DNA from: the human T2T-CHM13v2.0 reference genome, Homo sapiens
DNA length: 64,000 bases
Reading direction: 5' to 3'
Assembly: GCA_009914755.4 (NCBI GenBank)
Contig: CP086569.2
Span: forward strand, 33,664,001 to 33,728,000
Position 1 is the stretch's first letter. Each line of letters begins with the position of its first letter. The translations under genes were made by a program, and so were the position numbers. Shown piece after piece: positions 28,569 to 42,860 of the stretch. The notes under the pieces were generated by a model that did no database searches, was not told the DNA's origin, and saw nothing but the letters and a program-made list of their open reading frames with translations.

Positions 28569-31500
28569 GAGTCAAATGGAATGGTCTGGAATGGAATGAA
28601 CACGAATGTAATGCAATCCAATAGAATGGAATCGAATGGCATGGAATATAAAGAAATGGAATCGAAGAGAATGGAAACAAATGGAATGGAATTGAATGGA
28701 ATGGAATTGAATGGAATGGGAACGAATGGAGTGAAATTGTATGCAGTAGAAGGGAATAGAACGGAATGCAAGCGAAAGGAAAGGAATGGATTGGAATGGA
28801 ATGGAATTCATTGGAATGGAAGGGAATGTAGTGTAATGGACAGGCCTGGAATAAAGTGGAATGCTACGGTCTCGAATGGAATAAAAATGTATGGAATGGA
28901 ATGCAATGAAACGGAATCGAATGTCATAGAATGTAATGGAATGCAAAAAAATGGAATCCAAAATCATTGACTGGAAAGGCTGGGTGTCGAAAGGAATTGA
29001 CTCCAATGGTATGGAATCGAATGGAATGGAAGTGAATAGAATCGAACTAAATCGAATGGAATGGAATTGATAGGAACGGAATGGAAAGGAATGCAATGAA
29101 TTGGCATGGAATGGAATCGAATGGCATCGAATGCAATGGAATGGAATGCAATGGAATGGAATGTATTAGAATGTAATGAACTTTAATGGAATGTACTCGA
29201 ATGGATTCGACTGGAATGGAATGTTCTGGAAGTAAATGGACTCCAATGGAATGGATTCAAAAGGAATGTAATCGTACGGAATGGAATCTAATGGAATGGA
29301 ATTAAATGGAAATGAATCAAATTGAATAGCACGGAATTGAATTGAATGGAATGGAATGCAATGGAATCTAATGAAACGGAAAGGAAAGGAATGGAATGGA
29401 ATGGAATGGGCTGGAATGGAAAGGAATTGAAACGAATGGAATGGAATCGAACTGAAGAGACTGGAATGGAATGCACTGGAATGGAAGGGAGTGTAATGGA
29501 AGGTTCTCGAAAAAAATGGAATCGAATGGAATGGAATTGAATGGAACGGAATAGAGTCGAATGGAATTGAATGGAATGGAATGGACTAGAGTGAAATGGA
29601 ATCGAACCACAAGGAATGGACAGGAATAGAATGGTCTCGAATTGAATGGAATCGTATGGAATGGCATCAAACGGAATGGAATGGACAGCCACGGAATGGA
29701 ATGCACTCGAATGCAATGGAGTCGAAACGTCGAAACTAATGGACTGGAATAGAATGGACTCGACTGGTACGGACTCCAATGGAATGGAATCGAATGGAAG
29801 GGAATCGAACGGAATGGACTCGAAGGGAAAAGACTGCAATGGAAAGGTCTCGAATGGAATGGAAATTAATGGAATGGAATGGAATCGAATGAAATGGAGT
29901 CAAAAGGAATGGAATCGAATGGCAAGAAATCGAATGTAATGGAATCGCAAGGAATTGATGTGAACGGAACGGAATGGAATGGAATCCAAAGGAATGGAAT
30001 AGAATGGAATGGAATCGAATGGAAAGGACTCGAATGGAAATCACTCGAATAGAATGCAATTTAATAAAATAGGATCAAATGTAATGGAATGGAATGGAAA
30101 GGAATCGAAACAAAAGGAATGGAGACAGATGGAATGGAATGGAACAGAGAGCAATGGTATAGAATGGAATGGAATCATCTGGAATGGAATTGAATGGAAT
30201 GGAATAATATGAAATGGAATGGAATGGAATGGAATGGAATGTCCTTGAATTAAATGGACTGGAATGGAATGGACTCGAACAGAGTGGAATGGAAAGTGTT
30301 GAGATAGAATGCAATGGACTCCTTTGGAATGGTGTAGTATGCAATGCAATCGACTGGCAGGGAATCAAAAGGAATGTAATGGAATGGATTGGACTGGAAT
30401 GCAATGGACTCGAATAGATTGGAAACGGAATGCAAAGGAATGGAATGGAATAGTATGGAATGGAATGGAAAGGAATGGAGTGGAATAGACTAGAGTGGAA
30501 TGGAATGGACTGGAAAGCAATGGACTGGAATGGAACTTTCTTGAATGGACTGGAATCAAACGGAATGGAATGCAATGCAATCAAATGGCATGGAATAAAA
30601 TAGAATGAAAGAGAATCAAATGGAATTGAATCGAATGGAATCGAATGGATTGGAAAGGAATAGAATGGAATGGAATGGAATTGACTCAAATGGAATGGAC
30701 TAGAATGGAATGGATTCGAATGGAAGGCAAAGGAATGGAATCTATTGGAATGGACTGTAATGGAATGGAATGGAAGGGATTGGAATGGACTCGAATGGAA
30801 TGGACTGCAATAGAAAGGATTCGAATGGAATGAAAAAGAATTGAATGGAATAGAACAGAATGGAATCAAATCGAATGAAATGGAATGGAATAGAAAGGAA
30901 TGGAATGAAATGGAATGGAAAGGATTCGAATGGAATGCAATCGAATGGAATGGAATCGAACGGAATGGAATAAAATGGAAGAAAACTGGCAAGAAATGGA
31001 ATCGAAATGAATGGAGTGTTATGGAACGGACTCAAAAGGAATTGAATGTAATAGAATGGAGTGGAGTGGACTCGAATATAATGGACTGGAATGGAATGAA
31101 ATCACAAGGAATGGGAACGAATGGAATGGAATGGAAAGGAATGGAATCGAATGGAAAGGAATCGAATGGAAGGGAATGAAATTGAATCAACAGGAATGGA
31201 AGGGAATAGAATAGACGGTAATGGAATGGACTCGAATAGAATGGACACGAATGCTCAAATTGAATGGACTCGAATGGAATGGAAACGAAAGGAATGTCAT
31301 CGAATGGAATTGAATCGATTGGAATGAAATCGCATAGAATGGAGTGGAATCAAATGGAATTGAATCGAAAGGAAAGGAAGCGAATGGACTGAAATGAAAT
31401 GGAATGGAATTGAATGGAAAGTAATGCAATGGAATAGAATGGAACGAAATTTCACGGAATGGAATCAAACTGAATGGAATCAAATCAATGGAATCAAATC

Positions 31501-32145
31501 AAATGGAATGGAAAGGAATTGAATGGAGTAGATTGGATTGGATGGGATTGGAATGAAATGTACTGGAAAGGACTCGAATTTCATGAAACGGAATGGAATG
31601 AATTGGAACGGAATGGACTCGAATGGAATGGAATGTCATGGAATGGCATCAAATGGAATGGCATCAAATGGAATGGAATCGAATGCAATGGAATGTTATG
31701 GAATGGAATGGAATGCATTGGAATGGAATGTCCTGTAATGGAATGGATTCGAGTGGAATGGAATCGAATATAATGGAGTCGAATGAAATGGAATTGAAAG
31801 GAATGGGATCGAATACAATGGAATATACTGGAATGTAATGTAATGAACTCGAATGTAATTGACTGGAATGGAATGTACATGAATGGAATGTAATCGAATG
31901 GAAAGTAATCCAATGGAATAGAATCTAATGCAATAAAATCGACTCAGATAGAGTAGAATGTAATGGAATGGAGTGCAGTGCAATGGAATGGAATGGAATG
32001 GAATGCAATGGAATGGAATGGAATGGAATGGAATGGAATGGAATGGGATGGATTGGGATGGAATGGGATGGAATGGATAGTAATGGACTGGAGTGAAATG
32101 GACTGGAAAGGAATGGACTCAAATTGATAGGGCTCGAAAGGAATG
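28569..32145 (+). repeat. HOR unit 9 (3577 bp; carries the 8-bp duplication).
   Basis: Landmark at 28569 and 32146. Confidence 0.85.
29721..29736 (+). repeat. Same 8-bp tandem duplication (unit 9).
   Basis: Identical string at identical unit offset. Confidence 0.9.
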
Positions 32146-35100
32146 GAGTCAAATGGAATGGTCTGGAATGGAATGAACACGAATGTAATGCAATCCAATA
32201 GAATGGAATCGAATGGCATGGAATATAAAGAAATGGAATCGAAGAGAATGGAAACAAATGGAATGGAATTGAATGGAATGGAATTGAATGGAATGGGAAC
32301 GAATGGAGTGAAATTGTATGCAGTAGAAGGGAATAGAATGGAATGCAAGCGAAAGGAAAGGAATGGATTGGAATGGAATGGAATTCATTGGAATGGAAGG
32401 GAATGTAGTGTAATGGACAGGCCTGGAATAAAGTGGAATGCTACGGTCTCGAATGGAATAAAAATGTATGGAATGGAATGCAATGAAACGGAATCGAATG
32501 TCATAGAATGTAATGGAATGCAAAAAAATGGAATCCAAAATCATTGACTGGAAAGGCTGGGTGTCGAAAGGAATTGACTCCAATGGAATGGAATCGAATG
32601 GAATGGAAGTGAATAGAATCGAACTAAATCGAATGGAATGGAATTGATAGGAACGGAATGGAAAGGAATGCAATGATTTGGCATGGAATGGAATCGAATG
32701 GCATCGAATGGAATGGAATGGAATGCAATGGAATGGAATGTATTAGAATGTAATGAACTTTAATGGAATGTACTCGAATGGATTCGACTGGAATGGAATG
32801 TTCTGGAAGTGAATGGACTCCAATGGAATGGATTCAAAAGGAATGGAATCGTACGGAATGGAATCTAATGGAATGGAATTAAATGGAAATGAATCAAATT
32901 GAATAGCACGGAATTGAATTGAATGGAATGGAATGCAATGGAATCTAATGAAACGGAAAGGAAAGGAATGGAATGGAATGGAATGGGCTGGAATGGAAAG
33001 GAATCGAAACGAATGGAATGGAATCGAACTGAAGAGACTGGAATGGAATGCACTGGAATGGAAGGGAGTGTAATGGAAGGTTCTCGAAAAAAATGGAATC
33101 GAATGGAATGGAATTGAATGGAACGGAATAGAGTCGAATGGAATTGAATGGAATGGAATGGACTAGAGTGAAATGGAATCGAACCACAAGGAATGGACAG
33201 GAATAGAATGGTCTCGAATTGAATGGAATCGTATGGAATGGCATCAAACGGAATGGAATGGACAGCCACGGAATGGAATGCACTCGAATGCAATGGAGTC
33301 GAAACTAATGGACTGGAATAGAATGGACTCGACTGGTACGGACTCCAATGGAATGGAATCGAATGGAAGGGAATCGAACGGAATGGACTCGAAGGGAAAA
33401 GACTGCAATGGAAAGGTCTCGAATGGAATGGAAATTAATGGAATGGAATGGAATCGAATGAAATGGAGTCAAAAGGAATGGAATCGAATGGCAAGAAATC
33501 GAATGTAATGGAATCGCAAGGAATTGATGTGAACGGAACGGAATGGAATGGAATCCAAAGGAATGGAATAGAATGGAATGGAATCGAATGGAAAGGACTC
33601 GAATGGAAATCACTCGAATAGAATGCAATTTAATAAAATAGGATCAAATGGAATGGAATGGAATGGAAAGGAATCGAAACGAAAGGAATGGAGACAGATG
33701 GAATGGAATGGAACAGAGAGCAATGGTATAGAATGGAATGGAATCATCTGGAATGGAATTGAATGGAATGGAATAATATGAAATGGAATGGAATGGAATG
33801 GAATGGAATGCCCTTGAATTAAATGGACTGGAATGGAATGGACTCGAACAGAGTGGAATGGAAAGTGTTGAGATAGAATGCAATGGACTCCTTTGGAATG
33901 GTGTAGTATGCAATGCAATCGACTGGCAGGGAATCAAAAGGAATGTAATCGAATGGATTGGACTGGAATGCAATGGACTCGAATAGATTGGAAACGGAAT
34001 GCAAAGGAATGGAATGGAATAGTATGGAATGGAATGGAAAGGAATGGAGTGGAATAGACTAGAGTGGAATGGAATGGACTGGAAAGCAATGGACTGGAAT
34101 GGAACTTTCTTGAATGGACTGGAATCAAACGGAATGGAATGCAATGCAATCAAATGGCATGGAATAAAATAGAATGAAAGAGAATCAAATGGAATTGAAT
34201 CGAATGGAATCGAATGGATTGGAAAGGAATAGAATGGAATGGAATGGAATTGACTCAAATGGAATGGACTAGAATGGAATGGATTCGAATGGAAGGCAAA
34301 GGAATGGAATCTATTGGAATGGACTGTAATGGAATGGAATGGAAGGGATTGGAATGGACTCGAATGGAATGGACTGCAATAGAAAGGATTCGAATGGAAT
34401 GAAAAAGAATTGAATGGAATAGAACAGAATGGAATCAAATCGAATGAAATGGAATGGAATAGAAAGGAATGGAATGAAATGGAATGGAAAGGATTCGAAT
34501 GGAATGCAATCGAATGGAATGGAATCGAACGGAATGGAATAAAATGGAAGAAAACTGGCAAGAAATGGAATCGAAATGAATGGAGTGTTATGGAACGGAC
34601 TCAAAAGGAATTGAATGTAATAGAATGGAGTGGAGTGGACTCGAATATAATGGACTGGAATGGAATGAAATCACATGGAATGGGAACGAATGGAATGGAA
34701 TGGAAAGGAATGGAATCGAATGGAAAGGAATCGAATGGAAGGGAATGAAATTGAATCAACAGGAATGGAAGGGAATAGAATAGACGGTAATGGAATGGAC
34801 TCGAATAGAATGGACACGAATGCTGAAATTGAATGGACTCGAATGGAATGGAAACGAAAGGAATGTCATCGAATGGAATTGAATCGATTGGAATGAAATC
34901 GCATAGAATGGAGTGGAATCAAATGGAATTGAATCGAAAGGAAAGGAAGCGAATGGACTGAAATGAAATGGAATGGAATTGAATGGAAAGTAATGCAATG
35001 GAATAGAATGGAACGAAATTTCACGGAATGGAATCAAACTGAATGGAATCAAATCAATGGAATCAAATCAAATGGAATGGAAAGGAATTGAATGGAGTAG

Positions 35101-35714
35101 ATTGGATTGGATGGGATTGGAATGAAATGTACTGGAAAGGACTCGAATTTCATGAAACGGAATGGAATGAATTGGAACGGAATGGACTCGAATGGAATGG
35201 AATGTCATGGAATGGCATCAAATGGAATGGCATCAAATGGAATGGAATCGAATGCAATGGAATGCTATGGAATGGAATGGAATGCATTGGAATGGAATGT
35301 CCTCTAATGGAATGGATTCGAGTGGAATGGAATCGAATATAATGGAGTCGAATGAAATGGAATTGAAAGGAGTGGGATCGAATACAATGGAATATACTGG
35401 AATGTAATGTAATGAACTCGAATGTAATTGACTGGAATGGAATGTACATGAATGGAATGTAATCGAATGGAAAGTAATCCAATGGAATAGAATCTAATGC
35501 AATAAAACCGACTCAGATAGAGTAGAATGTAATGGAATGGAGTGCAGTGCAATGGAATGGAATGGAATGGAATGCAATGGAATGGAATGGAATGGAATGG
35601 AATGGAATTGAATGGAATGGAATGGGATGGAATGGGATGGAATGGATAGTAATGGACTGGAGTGAAATGGACTGGAAAGGAATGGACTCAAATTGAAAGG
35701 GCTCGAAAGGAATG
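32146..35714 (+). repeat. HOR unit 10 (3569 bp).
   Basis: Landmark at 32146 and 35715. Confidence 0.85.
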
Positions 35715-38700
35715 GAGTCAAATGGAATGGTCTGGAATGGAATGAACACGAATGTAATGCAATCCAATAGAATGGAATCGAATGGCATGGAATATAAAGA
35801 AATGGAATCGAAGAGAATGGAAACAAATGGAATGGAATTGAATGGAATGGAATTGAATGGAATGGGAACGAATGGAGTGAAATTGTATGCAGTAGAAGGG
35901 AATAGAATGGAATGCAAGCGAAAGGAAAGGAATGGATTGGAATGGAATGGAATTCATTGGAATGGAAGGGAATGTAGTGTAATGGACAGGCCTGGAATAA
36001 AGTGGAATGCTACGGTCTCGAATGGAATAAAAATGTATGGAATGGAATGCAATGAAACGGAATCGAATGTCATAGAATGTAATGGAATGCAAAAAAATGG
36101 AATCCAAAATCATTGACTGGAAAGGCTGGGTGTCGAAAGGAATTGACTCCAATGGAATGGAATCGAATGGAATGGAAGTGAATAGAATCGAACTAAATCG
36201 AATGGAATGGAATTGATAGGAACGGAATGGAAAGGAATGCAATGATTTGGCATGGAATGGAATCGAATGGCATCGAATGGAATGGAATGGAATGCAATGG
36301 AATGGAATGTATTAGAATGTAATGAACTTTAATGGAATGTACTCGAATGGATTCGACTGGAATGGAATGTTCTGGAAGTGAATGGACTCCAATGGAATGG
36401 ATTCAAAAGGAATGGAATCGTACGGAATGGAATCTAATGGAATGGAATTAAATGGAAATGAATCAAATTGAATAGCACGGAATTGAATTGAATGGAATGG
36501 AATGCAATGGAATCTAATGAAACGGAAAGGAAAGGAATGGAATGGAATGGAATGGGCTGGAATGGAAAGGAATCGAAACGAATGGAATGGAATCGAACTG
36601 AAGAGACTGGAATGGAATGCACTGGAATGGAAGGGAGTGTAATGGAAGGTTCTCGAAAAAAATGGAATCGAATGGAATGGAATTGAATGGAACGGAATAG
36701 AGTCGAATGGAATTGAATGGAATGGAATGGACTAGAGTGAAATGGAATCGAACCACAAGGAATGGACAGGAATAGAATGGTCTCGAATTGAATGGAATCG
36801 TATGGAATGGCATCAAACGGAATGGAATGGACAGCCACGGAATGGAATGCACTCGAATGCAATGGAGTCGAAACTAATGGACTGGAATAGAATGGACTCG
36901 ACTGGTACGGACTCCAATGGAATGGAATCGAATGGAAGGGAATCGAACGGAATGGACTCGAAGGGAAAAGACTGCAATGGAAAGGTCTCGAATGGAATGG
37001 AAATTAATGGAATGGAATGGAATCGAATGAAATGGAGTCAAAAGGAATGGAATCGAATGGCAAGAAATCGAATGTAATGGAATCGCAAGGAATTGATGTG
37101 AACGGAACGGAATGGAATGGAATCCAAAGGAATGGAATAGAATGGAATGGAATCGAATGGAAAGGACTCGAATGGAAATCACTCGAATAGAATGCAATTT
37201 AATAAAATAGGATCAAATGGAATGGAATGGAATGGAAAGGAATCGAAATGAAAGGAATGGAGACAGATGGAATGGAATGGAACAGAGAGCAATGGTATAG
37301 AATGGAATGGAATCATCTGGAATGGAATTGAATGGAATGGAATAATATGAAATGGAATGGAATGGAATGGAATGGAATGCCCTTGAATTAAATGGACTGG
37401 AATGGAATGGACTCGAACAGAGTGGAATGGAAAGTGTTGAGATAGAATGCAATGGACTCCTTTGGAATGGTGTAGTATGCAATGCAATCGACTGGCAGGG
37501 AATCAAAAGGAATGTAATGGAATGGATTGGACTGGAATGCAATGGACTCGAATAGATTGGAAACGGAATGCAAAGGAATGGAATGGAATAGTATGGAATG
37601 GAATGGAAAGGAATGGAGTGGAATAGACTAGAGTGGAATGGAATGGACTGGAAAGCAATGGACTGGAATGGAACTTTCTTGAATGGACTGGAATCAAACG
37701 GAATGGAATGCAATGCAATCAAATGGCATGGAATAAAATAGAATGAAAGAGAATCAAATGGAATTGAATCGAATGGAATCGAATGGATTGGAAAGGAATA
37801 GAATGGAATGGAATTGAATTGACTCAAATGGAATGGACTAGAATGGAATGGATTCGAATGGAAGGCAAAGGAATGGAATCTATTGGAATGGACTGTAATG
37901 GAATGGAATGGAAGGGATTGGAATGGACTCGAATGGAATGGACTGCAATAGAAAGGATTCGAATGGAATGAAAAAGAATTGAATGGAATAGAACAGAATG
38001 GAATCAAATCGAATGAAATGGAATGGAATAGAAAGGAATGGAATGAAATGGAATGGAAAGGATTCGAATGGAATGCAATCGAATGGAATGGAATCGAACG
38101 GAATGGAATAAAATGGAAGAAAACTGGCAAGAAATGGAATCGAAATGAATGGAGTGTTATGGAACGGACTCAAAAGGAATTGAATGTAATAGAATGGAGT
38201 GGAGTGGACTCGAATATAATGGACTGGAATGGAATGAAATCACAAGGAATGGGAACGAATGGAATGGAATGGAAAGGAATGGAATCGAATGGAAAGGAAT
38301 CGAATGGAAGGGAATGAAATTGAATCAACAGGAATGGAAGGGAATAGAATAGACGGTAATGGAATGGACTCGAATAGAATGGACACGAATGCTCAAATTG
38401 AATGGACTCGAATGGAATGGAAACGAAAGGAATGTCATCGAATGGAATTGAATGGATTGGAATGAAATCGCATAGAATGGAGTGGAATCAAATGGAATTG
38501 AATCGAAAGGAAAGGAAGCGAATGGACTGAAATGAAATGGAATGGAATTGAATGGAAAGTAATGCAATGGAATAGAATGGAACGAAATTTCACGGAATGG
38601 AATCAAACTGAATGGAATCAAATCAATGGAATCAAATCAAATGGAATGGAAAGGAATTGAATGGAGTAGATTGGATTGGATGGGATTGGAATGAAATGTA

Positions 38701-39283
38701 CTGGAAAGGACTCGAATTTCATGAAACGGAATGGAATGAATTGGAACGGAATGGACTCGAATGGAATGGAATGTCATGGAATGGCATCAAATGGAATGGC
38801 ATCAAATGGAATGGAATCGAATGCAATGGAATGCTATGGAATGGAATGGAATGCATTGGAATGGAATGTCCTCTATTGGAATGGATTCGAGTGGAATGGA
38901 ATCGAATATAATGGAGTCGAATGAAATGGAATTGAAAGGAGTGGGATCGAATACAATGGAATATACTGGAATGTAATGTAATGAACTCGAATGTAATTGA
39001 CTGGAATGGAATGTACATGAATGGAATGTAATCGAATGGAAAGTAATCCAATGGAATAGAATCTAATGCAATAAAACCGACTCAGATAGAGTAGAATGTA
39101 ATGGAATGGAGTGCAGTGCAATGGAATGGAATGGAATGGAATGCAATGGAATGGAATGGAATGGAATGGAATGGAATGGAATGGAATGGAATGGGATGGA
39201 ATGGGATGGAATGGATAGTAATGGACTGGAGTGAAATGGACTGGAAAGGAATGGACTCAAATTGAAAGGGCTCGAAAGGAATG
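35715..39283 (+). repeat. HOR unit 11 (3569 bp).
   Basis: Landmark at 35715 and 39284. Confidence 0.85.
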
Positions 39284-42200
39284 GAGTCAAATGGAATGGT
39301 CTGGAATGGAATGAACACGAATGTAATGCAATCCAATAGAATGGAATCGAATGGCATGGAATATAAAGAAATGGAATCGAAGAGAATGGAAACAAATGGA
39401 ATGGAATTGAATGGAATGGAATTGAATGGAATGGGAACGAATGGAGTGAAATTGTATGCAGTAGAAGGGAATAGAATGGAATGCAAGCGAAAGGAAAGGA
39501 ATGGATTGGAATGGAATGGAATTCATTGGAATGGAAGGGAATGTAGTGTAATGGACAGGCCTGGAATAAAGTGGAATGCTACGGTCTCGAATGGAATAAA
39601 AATGTATGGAATGGAATGCAATGAAACGGAATCGAATGTCATAGAATGTAATGGAATGCAAAAAAATGGAATCCAAAATCATTGACTGGAAAGGCTGGGT
39701 GTCGAAAGGAATTGACTCCAATGGTATGGAATCGAATGGAATGGAAGTGAATAGAATCGAACTAAATCGAATGGAATGGAATTGATAGGAACGGAATGGA
39801 AAGGAATGCAATGAATTGGCATGGAATGGAATCGAATGGCATCGAATGCAATGGAATGGAATGCAATGGAATGGAATGTATTAGAATGTAATGAACTTTA
39901 ATGGAATGTACTCGAATGGATTCGACTGGAATGGAATGTTCTGGAAGTAAATGGACTCCAATGGAATGGATTCAAAAGGAATGTAATCGTACGGAATGGA
40001 ATCTAATGGAATGGAATTAAATGGAAATGAATCAAATTGAATAGCACGGAATTGAATTGAATGGAATGGAATGCAATGGAATCTAATGAAACGGAAAGGA
40101 AAGGAATGGAATGGAATGGAATGGGCTGGAATGGAAAGGAATTGAAACGAATGGAATGGAATCGAACTGAAGAGACTGGAATGGAATGCACTGGAATGGA
40201 AGGGAGTGTAATGGAAGGTTCTCGAAAAAAATGGAATCGAATGGAATGGAATTGAATGGAACGGAATAGAGTCGAATGGAATTGAATGGAATGGAATGGA
40301 CTAGAGTGAAATGGAATCGAACCACAAGGAATGGACAGGAATAGAATGGTCTCGAATTGAATGGAATCGTATGGAATGGCATCAAACGGAATGGAATGGA
40401 CAGCCACGGAATGGAATGCACTCGAATGCAATGGAGTCGAAACGTCGAAACTAATGGACTGGAATAGAATGGACTCGACTGGTACGGACTCCAATGGAAT
40501 GGAATCGAATGGAAGGGAATCGAACGGAATGGACTCGAAGGGAAAAGACTGCAATGGAAAGGTCTCGAATGGAATGGAAATTAATGGAATGGAATGGAAT
40601 CGAATGAAATGGAGTCAAAAGGAATGGAATCGAATGGCAAGAAATCGAATGTAATGGAATCGCAAGGAATTGATGTGAACGGAACGGAATGGAATGGAAT
40701 CCAAAGGAATGGAATAGAATGGAATGGAATCGAATGGAAAGGACTCGAATGGAAATCACTCGAATAGAATGCAATTTAATAAAATAGGATCAAATGTAAT
40801 GGAATGGAATGGAAAGGAATCGAAACAAAAGGAATGGAGACAGATGGAATGGAATGGAACAGAGAGCAATGGTATAGAATGGAATGGAATCATCTGGAAT
40901 GGAATTGAATGGAATGGAATAATATGAAATGGAATGGAATGGAATGGAATGGAATGTCCTTGAATTAAATGGACTGGAATGGAATGGACTCGAACAGAGT
41001 GGAATGGAAAGTGTTGAGATAGAATGCAATGGACTCCTTTGGAATGGTGTAGTATGCAATGCAATCGACTGGCAGGGAATCAAAAGGAATGTAATGGAAT
41101 GGATTGGACTGGAATGCAATGGACTCGAATAGATTGGAAACGGAATGCAAAGGAATGGAATGGAATAGTATGGAATGGAATGGAAAGGAATGGAGTGGAA
41201 TAGACTAGAGTGGAATGGAATGGACTGGAAAGCAATGGACTGGAATGGAACTTTCTTGAATGGACTGGAATCAAACGGAATGGAATGCAATGCAATCAAA
41301 TGGCATGGAATAAAATAGAATGAAAGAGAATCAAATGGAATTGAATCGAATGGAATCGAATGGATTGGAAAGGAATAGAATGGAATGGAATGGAATTGAC
41401 TCAAATGGAATGGACTAGAATGGAATGGATTCGAATGGAAGGCAAAGGAATGGAATCTATTGGAATGGACTGTAATGGAATGGAATGGAAGGGATTGGAA
41501 TGGACTCGAATGGAATGGACTGCAATAGAAAGGATTCGAATGGAATGAAAAAGAATTGAATGGAATAGAACAGAATGGAATCAAATCGAATGAAATGGAA
41601 TGGAATAGAAAGGAATGGAATGAAATGGAATGGAAAGGATTCGAATGGAATGCAATCGAATGGAATGGAATCGAACGGAATGGAATAAAATGGAAGAAAA
41701 CTGGCAAGAAATGGAATCGAAATGAATGGAGTGTTATGGAACGGACTCAAAAGGAATTGAATGTAATAGAATGGAGTGGAGTGGACTCGAATATAATGGA
41801 CTGGAATGGAATGAAATCACAAGGAATGGGAACGAATGGAATGGAATGGAAAGGAATGGAATCGAATGGAAAGGAATCGAATGGAAGGGAATGAAATTGA
41901 ATCAACAGGAATGGAAGGGAATAGAATAGACGGTAATGGAATGGACTCGAATAGAATGGACACGAATGCTCAAATTGAATGGACTCGAATGGAATGGAAA
42001 CGAAAGGAATGTCATCGAATGGAATTGAATGGATTGGAATGAAATCGCATAGAATGGAGTGGAATCAAATGGAATTGAATCGAAAGGAAAGGAAGCGAAT
42101 GGACTGAAATGAAATGGAATGGAATTGAATGGAAAGTAATGCAATGGAATAGAATGGAACGAAATTTCACGGAATGGAATCAAACTGAATGGAATCAAAT

Positions 42201-42860
42201 CAATGGAATCAAATCAAATGGAATGGAAAGGAATTGAATGGAGTAGATTGGATTGGATGGGATTGGAATGAAATGTACTGGAAAGGACTCGAATTTCATG
42301 AAACGGAATGGAATGAATTGGAACGGAATGGACTCGAATGGAATGGAATGTCATGGAATGGCATCAAATGGAATGGCATCAAATGGAATGGAATCGAATG
42401 CAATGGAATGTTATGGAATGGAATGGAATGCATTGGAATGGAATGTCCTGTAATGGAATGGATTCGAGTGGAATGGAATCGAATATAATGGAGTCGAATG
42501 AAATGGAATTGAAAGGAATGGGATCGAATACAATGGAATATACTGGAATGTAATGTAATGAACTCGAATGTAATTGACTGGAATGGAATGTACATGAATG
42601 GAATGTAATCGAATGGAAAGTAATCCAATGGAATAGAATCTAATGCAATAAAATCGACTCAGATAGAGTAGAATGTAATGGAATGGAGTGCAGTGCAATG
42701 GAATGGAATGGAATGGAATGCAATGGAATGGAATGGAATGGAATGGAATGGAATGGAATGGGATGGATTGGGATGGAATGGGATGGAATGGATAGTAATG
42801 GACTGGAGTGAAATGGACTGGAAAGGAATGGACTCAAATTGATAGGGCTCGAAAGGAATG
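39284..42860 (+). repeat. HOR unit 12 (3577 bp; carries the 8-bp duplication).
   Basis: Landmark at 39284 and 42861. Confidence 0.85.
40436..40451 (+). repeat. Same 8-bp tandem duplication (unit 12).
   Basis: Identical string at identical unit offset. Confidence 0.9.
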
